Below, one piece after another: positions 1-7,118 of a DNA stretch of 55,408 nucleotides. The stretch comes from a virus. Its lineage: Duplodnaviria; Caudoviricetes. The stretch lies in IMG/VR virus record IMGVR_UViG_3300036398_002939, positions 1-55,408 of that record. One strand, 5' to 3'. Position 1 is the stretch's first letter. Every line of letters begins with the position of its first letter. A program made the translations under genes and the position numbers. The notes under the pieces were generated by a model. That model did not search any database. It saw nothing but the letters and a program-made list of their open reading frames with translations, and was not told the DNA's origin.

Positions 1-2
1 CT

Positions 3-152
3 GGTAAACCCAATGGACGCAAAACAACATGGACATCATCTGATGGAAAGAGAGTTTCTATCGCATCCATGAATGTTGGCTATCTTCGCAATGCACTTGC
101 TTCTATCGTTACCCCATCCGGTAAGTTTAGAACAAGTACAACATCACGCTAA
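3..152 (+). CDS. 3' end of a hypothetical phage protein (truncated by window start)
   Basis: Open frame GKPNGRKTTWTSSDGKRVSIASMNVGYLRNAL...TSR ending TAA at 150-152; own translation. Confidence 0.6.
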   Translation, partial: GKPNGRKTTWTSSDGKRVSIASMNVGYLRNALASIVTPSGKFRTSTTSR

Positions 153-164
153 TCATGCGTGGTG

Positions 165-378
165 TTGATAGGTGAACCTAAGAGGACTCTAAGAGTCAAT
201 GGTTGGCAGTAACCTATCTGGTCGGACATGATGGAAGGCAAGTATTACGGTTTCGTTTACTGATGGTTTCGATTACCTCCATGTCCGCAAATGAACTCCT
301 TAGAAAACAATACCGGTGTAGACGGCACGGCTGATGGCTCCCCTGCCACAATCTATAAGGCTTCTTCATCGGTATTTC
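165..378 (+). ncRNA. Candidate structured intergenic RNA (three consecutive stem-loop domains)
   Basis: GATAGGT(167-173)/ACCTATC(212-218) enclosing GACTC-TAA-GAGTC; CGGACATG(223-230)/CATGTCCG(280-287); AATACCGGTG(309-318)/CATCGGTATT(367-376) enclosing GGCA/TGCC; followed by a U-rich tract. Confidence 0.4.
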
Positions 379-407
379 TTTTTAATTTACCGTAAGGAAT
401 AACAACC

Positions 408-545
408 ATGAGCAAGAAGAAAGAGAAGAAAGAAGAAACAAAGAAAGAGAAGAACTATGAAGCAGAAGTAGTATATTGCTACTTTAGCGATTTAATCCCC
501 AGTGGTGGCAAACAACCATTCCATACAATTAAGATAAGACGGTAA
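408..545 (+). CDS. Small Lys/Glu-rich hypothetical protein (45 aa)
   Basis: MSKKKEKKEE...KIRR*, preceded by the recurrent leader AAGGAATAACAACC-ATG; own translation. Confidence 0.6.
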   Translation: MSKKKEKKEETKKEKNYEAEVVYCYFSDLIPSGGKQPFHTIKIRR

Positions 546-579
546 CTATATTACATATACAGTATAAGGAATAACAACC

Positions 580-1569
580 ATGTCCAACGGAATCTATCTA
601 ACTCTTGAACAATACAAAGACAAAGACTTACCCATTACAATAACGATCAATGGGCATACATACCATTCTCAATTTGCACTTGCCACTACACAAACTACTT
701 GGTTTGAAATGGGGAAACAACATGGTATGGAATTGGGTAGTGACAATACCTATTCCGATAATGAAATGTCTAATATGCATGATGCATGGTTTGACGAAGG
801 ATATACGAAAGGATATGAAGCCGGATATGACGCTGGCATAGACCATGGAATTGAAAAGACACTACAAGACGATCGTGTGAAAGAAGAATTGGAACGAACT
901 AAACAGACATGGTATGCTAAAGGAAAGGAAGAAGGATATGAAGCCGGTAAGTGGGATTTGCCGGCAGGTGATTCAGGAGTGGAGAATCTGACATACAAAC
1001 ATGGATGGTCTTGCGGATACAATGAAGGATTTGAGATTGGTAAGAGTGCAGGATACAATGATGGATTTGAAGAAGGTAAGAGTGAAGTATTTGAAGAAGG
1101 TAAGGAAGCAGGATATGGTGAAGGATATGAAGCCGGTAAGGTAGAAGCCCTTGCAGAAATAGAAGTGGAGTTTCCCACATACAAACATGGATGGTCTTGT
1201 GGTTACAATGATGGATTTGAAGAAGGTAAGAGTGAAGGATATGATGAAGGATATGAGATTGGTAAGAAAGCCAACGGTATCAGTAAAAAAGAAATACCCG
1301 GTGAATACCTTTCCCGTATAGAAGAAGCATACGATGATGGATATAAGGAAGGATATACGGATTGTAGAGAAGTGGCAAAGATGCTGAATAAATACGGTAT
1401 AGATGAAGATGGTCCCTGCAATGACTGTAAAGAAGAACCAGGTAGGGATGAAGAAGATGGTGATTATGTTGGTCCCGAACATCCTGAATACGATAAGGGA
1501 TATTACGCCGGTTGGGAAGATGGGAAGAACCATATTATGCAATTCATTGGAAATGAAAGTAGTCGATAA
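580..1569 (+). CDS. Acidic GxxxG-repeat protein (Yae1/FliH-like G-Y-x-E-G repeats)
   Basis: Many GY(D/E)xG(Y/F/K) units, duplicated TYKHGWSCGYN block, strong leader. Confidence 0.8.
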   Translation: MSNGIYLTLEQYKDKDLPITITINGHTYHSQFALATTQTTWFEMGKQHGMELGSDNTYSDNEMSNMHDAWFDEGYTKGYEAGYDAGIDHGIEKTLQDDRVKEELERTKQTWYAKGKEEGYEAGKWDLPAGDSGVENLTYKHGWSCGYNEGFEIGKSAGYNDGFEEGKSEVFEEGKEAGYGEGYEAGKVEALAEIEVEFPTYKHGWSCGYNDGFEEGKSEGYDEGYEIGKKANGISKKEIPGEYLSRIEEAYDDGYKEGYTDCREVAKMLNKYGIDEDGPCNDCKEEPGRDEEDGDYVGPEHPEYDKGYYAGWEDGKNHIMQFIGNESSR

Positions 1570-1887
1570 TATACTGTATATGTGAATGACATACCATTCG
1601 GTAAGTGAGTATATCGGTGTTAGTGAATGAGACATCATACGGCAATGGTGTTCCCTGGAAGGTAGAGCCAGTCTGTTATGCGCGTATGCGCGAGGCAGGA
1701 CAGGAGGACAGGGCTGATCACACACCAGTTCCAATTTCTCCCACATTCACCCACAGTATCATACTTACTACCCACAGGTGTCATATTCATAAATGCCGCA
1801 ATAACAAAAACACTAACACATTATCTTTTATTTACATATAGGTAAATGATTGATTGGGCAGTGCTAAAATAATAGTTATGTAAGTAT

Positions 1888-2103
1888 TTGGTCAGTATCA
1901 TAAAACTATTATTTTGGAGTATTCCTTTGGAAGTATTAAGCATATTGCAGATTGGTGGATGGATTAGTTTGTTATTTTGGTATTGTTATAGATGGATGTG
2001 GAGGAGTAATAATCGTATAGGTCTTCGTTGGACTGTTCTATCGTATCTTCTTATCCTTATTCTTGTATGTGGGTATAGTATGTATCGTTTGATATTCATA
2101 TAG
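1888..2103 (+). CDS. Possible small membrane protein
   Basis: Two hydrophobic stretches; TTG start, no clear RBS. Confidence 0.3.
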   Translation: MVSIIKLLFWSIPLEVLSILQIGGWISLLFWYCYRWMWRSNNRIGLRWTVLSYLLILILVCGYSMYRLIFI

Positions 2104-2196
2104 TATCTATATCTTATCCATATTTTGATCTTATATCTGTATTCCTTATATTAGCATATACAGTATTTTTATTTTATGTACCGTTGGAGTTTTGTT

Positions 2197-2409
2197 ATGG
2201 TTTTGTTTGAAACAATAAATCCCTATAATAATATGGTGTCTTACATAAATCCAGAATACATTATGGATATAGGAGACTACCGTGATAGTGTCAATAAGGT
2301 ATATGCCGGTAGTAAGATTCATGTACAAGGTGCTATGATTACAACTTACTATGATTATCGTACACCACAAGAGATAGCAGAAGCTATCAACAAATTACAT
2401 GGAAGATAA
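2197..2409 (+). CDS. Small hypothetical protein, paralog of 3059-3289 (FlbD-like pattern)
   Basis: INPEYI...GSKIHV...YDYRTPQEI; start placed after the repeated leader. Confidence 0.7.
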   Translation: MVLFETINPYNNMVSYINPEYIMDIGDYRDSVNKVYAGSKIHVQGAMITTYYDYRTPQEIAEAINKLHGR

Positions 2410-2467
2410 TTTTACATACCGTTGGAGTTTTGTTATGTCTTGGTTTACAAATAAAAAAAATTGATTT

Positions 2468-2743
2468 ATGAATAAAGAACAAAAAGTAAATTACGTAAAA
2501 TGTTGGTTACAGAAATTTGGTAATCGAGATAATGAAACATTTAACACTGAAGTAGTAGTGGGTGAAACCACTTGGAGAATATCACTTCAATACAACTTTG
2601 ACGATGAAGGTGACCAATGTGACCCATATGACTGGTGTAGTCGTGGTTTCAAACACGTAAATGATAACCAAATTTCAGATAGAACAGATGAAGAGTTGGA
2701 TGAGATAATAAATCAATTAAAATCAAAACAATTTTTTTATTAA
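2468..2743 (+). CDS. Hypothetical protein
   Basis: 91-aa ORF co-oriented with the early cluster. Confidence 0.6.
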   Translation: MNKEQKVNYVKCWLQKFGNRDNETFNTEVVVGETTWRISLQYNFDDEGDQCDPYDWCSRGFKHVNDNQISDRTDEELDEIINQLKSKQFFY

Positions 2744-2813
2744 CCATATACACGATACTAACATTAGTCAATACACAATTACAATTATTTTTTTAGTTAC
2801 CGTTGGAATCCTT

Positions 2814-3026
2814 ATGAAACACAAACTCATTGGTTATGGATTGGCCATAGCAACATTGACCGTATTCTATATTGTGCCTGCAACAAGTGGGTGGAATGTC
2901 CTAACAGGTTTGGTATGTCTCATTGCCGGAGCATACTATATCTATAAGAGTGAAGCCATATTGGGAAACATATTGTTATTGATTTCATTGATGGTTAATA
3001 TAGTATTTAATTGGTATGTAGTATAA
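2814..3026 (+). CDS. Small membrane protein
   Basis: Three hydrophobic segments; repeated leader upstream. Confidence 0.65.
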   Translation: MKHKLIGYGLAIATLTVFYIVPATSGWNVLTGLVCLIAGAYYIYKSEAILGNILLLISLMVNIVFNWYVV

Positions 3027-3058
3027 GCATTATTTTAGTTACCGTTAGGATTTTAGTT

Positions 3059-3289
3059 ATGAAGTTTTTTACAATAAGACTAACCCCATCCGGCAGTGTT
3101 GGTGTTGTTAATATCAATCCACAGTATATTGTATCTATACAACCGGCAGGTCTAGCAGATAACAATATAGGCAGTAGAATCCGTGTGCATGGTGGCGGAG
3201 GTGACTTATACCACGATTACCGTAAACCAGAAGAACTACTGGAGTTATTGAGTTCGTATCATCACCAATCAAGTTTCCTTTCCCTATGA
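3059..3289 (+). CDS. Small hypothetical protein, paralog of 2197-2409
   Basis: INPQYI...GSRIRV...HDYRKPEEL; start MKFF after the leader. Confidence 0.7.
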   Translation: MKFFTIRLTPSGSVGVVNINPQYIVSIQPAGLADNNIGSRIRVHGGGGDLYHDYRKPEELLELLSSYHHQSSFLSL

Positions 3290-3513
3290 AAGAGTTTCCG
3301 AAACAATGGCGGATTTGGAAGATAAGAAGTAGACCGGTTCATTTCCCTTATGAATGGAATAAGGATGAAGTCATGGACTGGCTTAATGATAGTCAGTATA
3401 GAATATGTCCGTTCTGCAATAGAAGGGATGTTAAGTATGACCATTTCAATATATGTGATCCAGAAGAAGAAAGAATACATAGATTGAATAATAATATGAA
3501 TGAAGGTCTCTGA
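3286..3513 (+). CDS. Hypothetical protein with CxxC motif
   Basis: CPFC...HFNIC; ATGA overlap with the upstream stop. Confidence 0.6.
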   Translation: MKEFPKQWRIWKIRSRPVHFPYEWNKDEVMDWLNDSQYRICPFCNRRDVKYDHFNICDPEEERIHRLNNNMNEGL

Positions 3514-3546
3514 TAGTTTTATTTTAGTTACCGTTGGAGTTTTGCT

Positions 3547-3789
3547 ATGGATATTAGAGAAGAAGTAAACAGTTGTTTAACGAAAAACAAACACGGTTTC
3601 ACCCGTGATGAATATATGAAACTGCTAGAGAACTATCCTGGCATAAACATGGACAGATTTTGGGATGCACTCAATGGTATTACCTGCATGAGTATTGATG
3701 GCGAAACCGTTGTGTTCCACCGTGATATTGAGTTGGCTATCCGTTGTGGTATGGAAGATAGAAGTCCAACCATATCAGAATGGGATTGA
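3547..3789 (+). CDS. Hypothetical phage protein
   Basis: 80 aa; repeated leader upstream. Confidence 0.7.
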   Translation: MDIREEVNSCLTKNKHGFTRDEYMKLLENYPGINMDRFWDALNGITCMSIDGETVVFHRDIELAIRCGMEDRSPTISEWD

Positions 3790-3821
3790 TTTTTATTTTA
3801 GATACCGAAGGAACCATAACC

Positions 3822-4079
3822 GTGAACAGAACTATAAAGGATTTCATTACAAATAACTCTATGCACCTGTTTCTCGGTTATCATGTCCCCGGTTCCTTGG
3901 CAGACCGTTATGTTTCCTACATGGGAAAGACATACGAGAAGATGGCAGACAGAAGAAGACAGAACACGATAAACTATTTCAATGGTGATGGTGAACATAT
4001 TGCAACCATTGTCCGTAATAGTGAAGGTATTTTCAAAATGTATTTCGATGATATTACAATAATTCAAATTGAGGAATAA
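3822..4079 (+). CDS. Hypothetical protein
   Basis: GTG start after AAGGAACCATAACC leader variant. Confidence 0.55.
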   Translation: MNRTIKDFITNNSMHLFLGYHVPGSLADRYVSYMGKTYEKMADRRRQNTINYFNGDGEHIATIVRNSEGIFKMYFDDITIIQIEE

Positions 4080-4084
4080 CAACC

Positions 4085-4609
4085 ATGAGTGAAAAACAAA
4101 CATTTGAAGTTGAAGTTGGCGTTAGTTGGGACGGTGGTGAAACTGTTTCAATAGTTGTGATTGATGGAGACACCTACGACTATGATGACATTGTATCAAC
4201 GGCATTCAAAGATGCCAAAGACAATGGTGAACTTGATGGGTTTGAACATATATCAGAAGACGATTGTAAATATGATATTCGGATAACCGATGGTTATTTG
4301 AATGACATCGGTATAACCAATTCGGATGAATTAAAAGACTTTGGTGATGTATTCTATTCCGATGATAATTACCACGATATAGATGTATTTGAAGCGGCGT
4401 ATGCTTGTGATATTCCATTCGAGGATATTGACGAATGCTACAACGGTGCTTGGGATAGTGACGAAGACTTTGTTCAAGACTTGTTGGAATCAACAGGAGA
4501 CTTACCAAGTGATTTACCGCACTATATTCACATTGATTGGGAAAGCACTGCCCGTGATATTATGATGGACTATTGTGAACACAATGGTCATTATTTTAGA
4601 ACGAATTAA
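4085..4609 (+). CDS. ardA: ArdA-family antirestriction protein (DNA mimic)
   Basis: Very acidic; C-terminal YNGAWDSDEDFV...LPHYIHIDWESTARDIMMDY...GHYFR matches the ArdA C-terminal pattern. Confidence 0.8.
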   Translation: MSEKQTFEVEVGVSWDGGETVSIVVIDGDTYDYDDIVSTAFKDAKDNGELDGFEHISEDDCKYDIRITDGYLNDIGITNSDELKDFGDVFYSDDNYHDIDVFEAAYACDIPFEDIDECYNGAWDSDEDFVQDLLESTGDLPSDLPHYIHIDWESTARDIMMDYCEHNGHYFRTN

Positions 4610-4618
4610 GAAACGGTT

Positions 4619-4728
4619 AGTTAGGTGGCGTAATTGGTTAAACGCATGGACAGTAGGGTGAGATAGAATCAACCCCAGCTTATGAAAGAGGCTCCCAAAC
4701 TTTGCAGGTTCAAGTCCTGCCCTAACTA
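4619..4728 (+). ncRNA. Atypical tRNA-like RNA with expanded, two-hairpin anticodon region
   Basis: Acceptor AGTTAGG/CCTAACT, D arm GCG-TAATTGGTTAAA-CGC, T arm GCAGG-TTCAAGT-CCTGC; about 57 nt between D and T arms. Confidence 0.75.
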
Positions 4729-4750
4729 CAAAATAAAAGTTAAAAAATAT

Positions 4751-5521
4751 ATGATAGTAAAATATACTGATTTGATTCATAGTGTAAAGGGATTAGGTGT
4801 ACCGAAACCATTATCTGGAACTCTATCTGGCCATGCAGCCGGAGAACCCTTTGATAAAAGAGTCTATACGGAAATAAAAAATAAATTTCCTAAAAATACA
4901 TTCAGACAGTATGAATATTTAAATAAGTTATACATTGAAAATCAAAATGTAATATCGTATAAAGATAGAAAAGAATTATTTGAATCTTCAGTTATCCACT
5001 TTTTACTTACAAGAGGAAAGGATGCAACAAAAAAATGGAGAACAGATAATCTTTTTGAAGAAAAACAAAACGATACCGCAGATATATTAGTTGTAAAAGA
5101 TGGTTTATATGAGATAATAGATATTAAAACTCGTAATATTTCTAAGAAAGCACAACCACCAAATATAATTTCTGCATTCAAATTGGCACAAATGTGTTCT
5201 ATAATGATTGATGATAAAAAATTTAATGAGTTTACCATCAATTATTTTCAAGTTGATTGGAAGTTGGTCAAAGATGAATTAGTATGTACTGATGCATACA
5301 ATGCTTGTCTATTCAAGACAAACCCCAAAAATCTATACATAAATTGGGCAGCTGCTATGCAAATACAATTTCATGTATCTGAATTGGACCAATCTTTTCC
5401 AGGAACTATGGAAGATTGGGCACACACCTATCTTGAACATTTTGTCAGTCATGTGTACAAAAGATCTGAATACATGGTAAATAAATTTGCAAAACCCTTT
5501 GAAAATAAAGGACTTACATAA
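4751..5521 (+). CDS. HincII-family type II restriction endonuclease (no adjacent methyltransferase)
   Basis: GTLSGHAAGEPF, EEKQNDTADIL, DIKTRNISKKAQPPNIISAFKLA and LYINWAAAMQIQFHV closely match HincII as I recall it; the ORF-track start at 4682 lies inside the tRNA-like RNA, so start placed at 4751. Confidence 0.92.
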   Translation: MIVKYTDLIHSVKGLGVPKPLSGTLSGHAAGEPFDKRVYTEIKNKFPKNTFRQYEYLNKLYIENQNVISYKDRKELFESSVIHFLLTRGKDATKKWRTDNLFEEKQNDTADILVVKDGLYEIIDIKTRNISKKAQPPNIISAFKLAQMCSIMIDDKKFNEFTINYFQVDWKLVKDELVCTDAYNACLFKTNPKNLYINWAAAMQIQFHVSELDQSFPGTMEDWAHTYLEHFVSHVYKRSEYMVNKFAKPFENKGLT

Positions 5522-5564
5522 ATCGATAAGTCCTTACAAATCAAAGACTTACATAACCCTCCTT

Positions 5565-5583
5565 ATTTAGATTCAGTCTAAAT
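5565..5583. promoter_or_regulatory. 19-bp palindromic operator ATTTAGA-N5-TCTAAAT (Fur-box-like)
   Basis: ATTTAGATTCAGTCTAAAT; second copy at 12744-12762. Confidence 0.5.
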
Positions 5584-5600
5584 ATAAATTTCATTCCCAT

Positions 5601-5641
5601 AAAATAATGCTTTGATCTTTCATGCCAACGCCTTATATTTG
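5601..5641 (+). promoter_or_regulatory. Host-type early promoter P1
   Basis: AAAATAATGC-TTTG(5611)-N19-TATATTTG(5634-5641), the Bacteroidota -33/-7 consensus. Confidence 0.85.
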
Positions 5642-5878
5642 TATTGTAAGTTAAGGTGAATGATATGAAACAATGTATAAAATTCTTTCCATTAGCAATA
5701 ACAGTAGGCGTATTGGTTCTTCTTGGTTTGGGTTACCAGAAACACGAATTGCCTAACTTGTTGAACCTCAACGACTTAAACAAAAAACTCCGTGTCCTCC
5801 AAACTACTTCTCGTAAGTCATTGGTAGATAATGAGTTAGCAGAACAGTTGGTAGAACAAAAAAATTATTCGTCAAAGT

Positions 5879-5919
5879 AAAATAATGCTTTGATCTTAAT
5901 GCGCAATTCCGTATATTTG
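5879..5919 (+). promoter_or_regulatory. Host-type early promoter P2
   Basis: TTTG(5889)-N19-TATATTTG(5912-5919). Confidence 0.85.
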
Positions 5920-5973
5920 TATTGTAAGTTAAGGTGGTGGTAATTGAGACCAAAAACAATTCCACAAAAATAA

Positions 5974-6014
5974 AAAATAATGCTTTGATCTTACAAAAAA
6001 AGTTCGTATATTTG
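5974..6014 (+). promoter_or_regulatory. Host-type early promoter P3
   Basis: TTTG(5984)-N19-TATATTTG(6007-6014). Confidence 0.85.
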
Positions 6015-6048
6015 TAATGTAAGTTAAGAACAACCAAAGGAAACAACC

Positions 6049-6273
6049 ATGTTATTCTCGAAAACACTAACCGATAAACTATCAGATGCTTGGTCTGACT
6101 ATTCAAAGCTCATCCGTGAAAGAGAAACCCGCGTCAATCCAATGACATTAGAGGAATCAATGGACTATATGGACCGCAAGGAATCAGTCTTGTATCGTAT
6201 TGCTTTATTGTCCGAAGCCGTGGACATAGTAAAAAATGGTGCAGGTATTTCATCTTCAAAAATAATGCTTTGA
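6049..6273 (+). CDS. Hypothetical early protein
   Basis: Leader AAGGAAACAACC-ATG downstream of P3. Confidence 0.7.
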   Translation: MLFSKTLTDKLSDAWSDYSKLIRERETRVNPMTLEESMDYMDRKESVLYRIALLSEAVDIVKNGAGISSSKIML

Positions 6274-6299
6274 TCTTATCTAAAAATTCCGTATATTTG
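6259..6299 (+). promoter_or_regulatory. Host-type early promoter P4
   Basis: TTTG(6269)-N19-TATATTTG(6292-6299). Confidence 0.85.
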
Positions 6300-6321
6300 T
6301 AAAGTAAGTTAAGGACACAAA

Positions 6322-6444
6322 ATGAAACGCTTAAAACACATTCTCAAAGAGACTGTAATCATTACCGGTATCATCCTGTTTGTTCTCATTGCATCCAGTA
6401 TTGATAGTCTCCTCGATATTGCTATGAATCATTTTTGTAAATAA
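6322..6444 (+). CDS. Small membrane peptide (40 aa)
   Basis: MKRLKHILKETVIITGIILFVLIASSID...; AAGGA RBS after P4; own translation. Confidence 0.55.
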   Translation: MKRLKHILKETVIITGIILFVLIASSIDSLLDIAMNHFCK

Positions 6445-6460
6445 CCACAAGGAAACAACC

Positions 6461-6667
6461 ATGAATAACCCCAATCACATTCGCGAATATGTAGTCACCG
6501 TTTCTGGTGTTTACAATAACAAAGTAGTTTCAATTCCAGAACGCAAGATTCATGCCTATAGTTTTGGAGAAGCCAGTGACATTGCAAACGCTTCGTTCCA
6601 ACAAATCTTCGGTGTAGAAAATTCGATCACATCTAGTATCTATATCAATACATACAACAACCAATAA
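6461..6667 (+). CDS. Hypothetical early protein
   Basis: Leader AAGGAAACAACC-ATG. Confidence 0.7.
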   Translation: MNNPNHIREYVVTVSGVYNNKVVSIPERKIHAYSFGEASDIANASFQQIFGVENSITSSIYINTYNNQ

Positions 6668-6679
6668 GGAACAAAAACC

Positions 6680-6850
6680 ATGAGCACACTTGATGCAATT
6701 ATGAATATAGAATGCAACCCAGAATGTACTGAAGAACTATGGATCCAATCATTTCAGTCACTAATTGATAGTGGCGATGTTTGGGGATTGCAGGGCTGGT
6801 ATCGTAGAATTGCAGTTACATTGATTGATGCCGGTATTTGTACACGATAA
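6680..6850 (+). CDS. Conserved small phage protein (FQxLIDxGxxWxLQG motif)
   Basis: MSTLDAIM...FQSLIDSGDVWGLQGWYRRIAVTLIDAGIC; own translation; RBS present. Confidence 0.75.
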   Translation: MSTLDAIMNIECNPECTEELWIQSFQSLIDSGDVWGLQGWYRRIAVTLIDAGICTR

Positions 6851-6875
6851 ACTATAAACTATAAGGATAACAACC

Positions 6876-7118
6876 ATGATAATGACATATAAAATGAGAG
6901 CCGAAGGCGTCAATGATGTTTTTGAATTTGTGAGAATGTTTAGTAAAAATATCAAAGAATACCGCATCATTGGTAATACTATCATTCCAGATGTTGAATT
7001 TGAATTTGAAACCAAAAAAAGTTTACATATTGTCTTGAAAACTTTGCGTCAAATTCCTGACAGTCATGTAATGGTAGAAACAGTCAAACCAATTTCAGAA
7101 TATACAGGAGTTAGATGA
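6876..7118 (+). CDS. Hypothetical phage protein
   Basis: Leader AAGGATAACAACC-ATG. Confidence 0.7.
   Translation: MIMTYKMRAEGVNDVFEFVRMFSKNIKEYRIIGNTIIPDVEFEFETKKSLHIVLKTLRQIPDSHVMVETVKPISEYTGVR

Larger units (their letters stand above)
2179..3549 (+). repeat. Repeated leader (TTTTAGT)TACCGTTGGAGTTTTG(T/C)T-ATG, 5 copies
   Basis: Copies near 2179, 2417, 2793, 3033 and 3522, each ending at an ATG. Confidence 0.8.
5492..5838. repeat. Four copies of a 25-bp imperfect palindrome TAA(G/C)TCnTTG-N5-nAAnGACTTA
   Basis: 5492-5516, 5527-5551, 5754-5778, 5814-5838. Confidence 0.8.

Noticed and set aside
259-340. Two CTGATGG motifs suggesting a hammerhead ribozyme
   Set aside because: The core needs CUGAnGA plus GAAA and NUH in a three-way junction; both copies read CUGAUGG and I could not build the junction.
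628-1746. Long antisense and alternative-frame ORFs over the GxxxG gene
   Set aside because: Shadow ORFs produced by the repetitive codon pattern; no RBS or recognisable motifs.
1605-1841. 78-aa ORF
   Set aside because: No RBS, atypical composition, and it coincides with a self-complementary segment.
4619-4728. Ordinary tRNA-Leu, tRNA-Phe or tmRNA
   Set aside because: Neither loop has canonical U33 geometry in a normal anticodon arm, and the element is far too short for tmRNA.
5656-5880. 74-aa ORF downstream of P1
   Set aside because: Its 3' half is made of two palindromic DNA motifs; a short hydrophobic peptide is possible but unsupported.
2179-6299. Repeats as a CRISPR array
   Set aside because: Spacing is irregular and far too long, the intervals contain genes, the repeats match leaders or promoters, and no cas genes are present.
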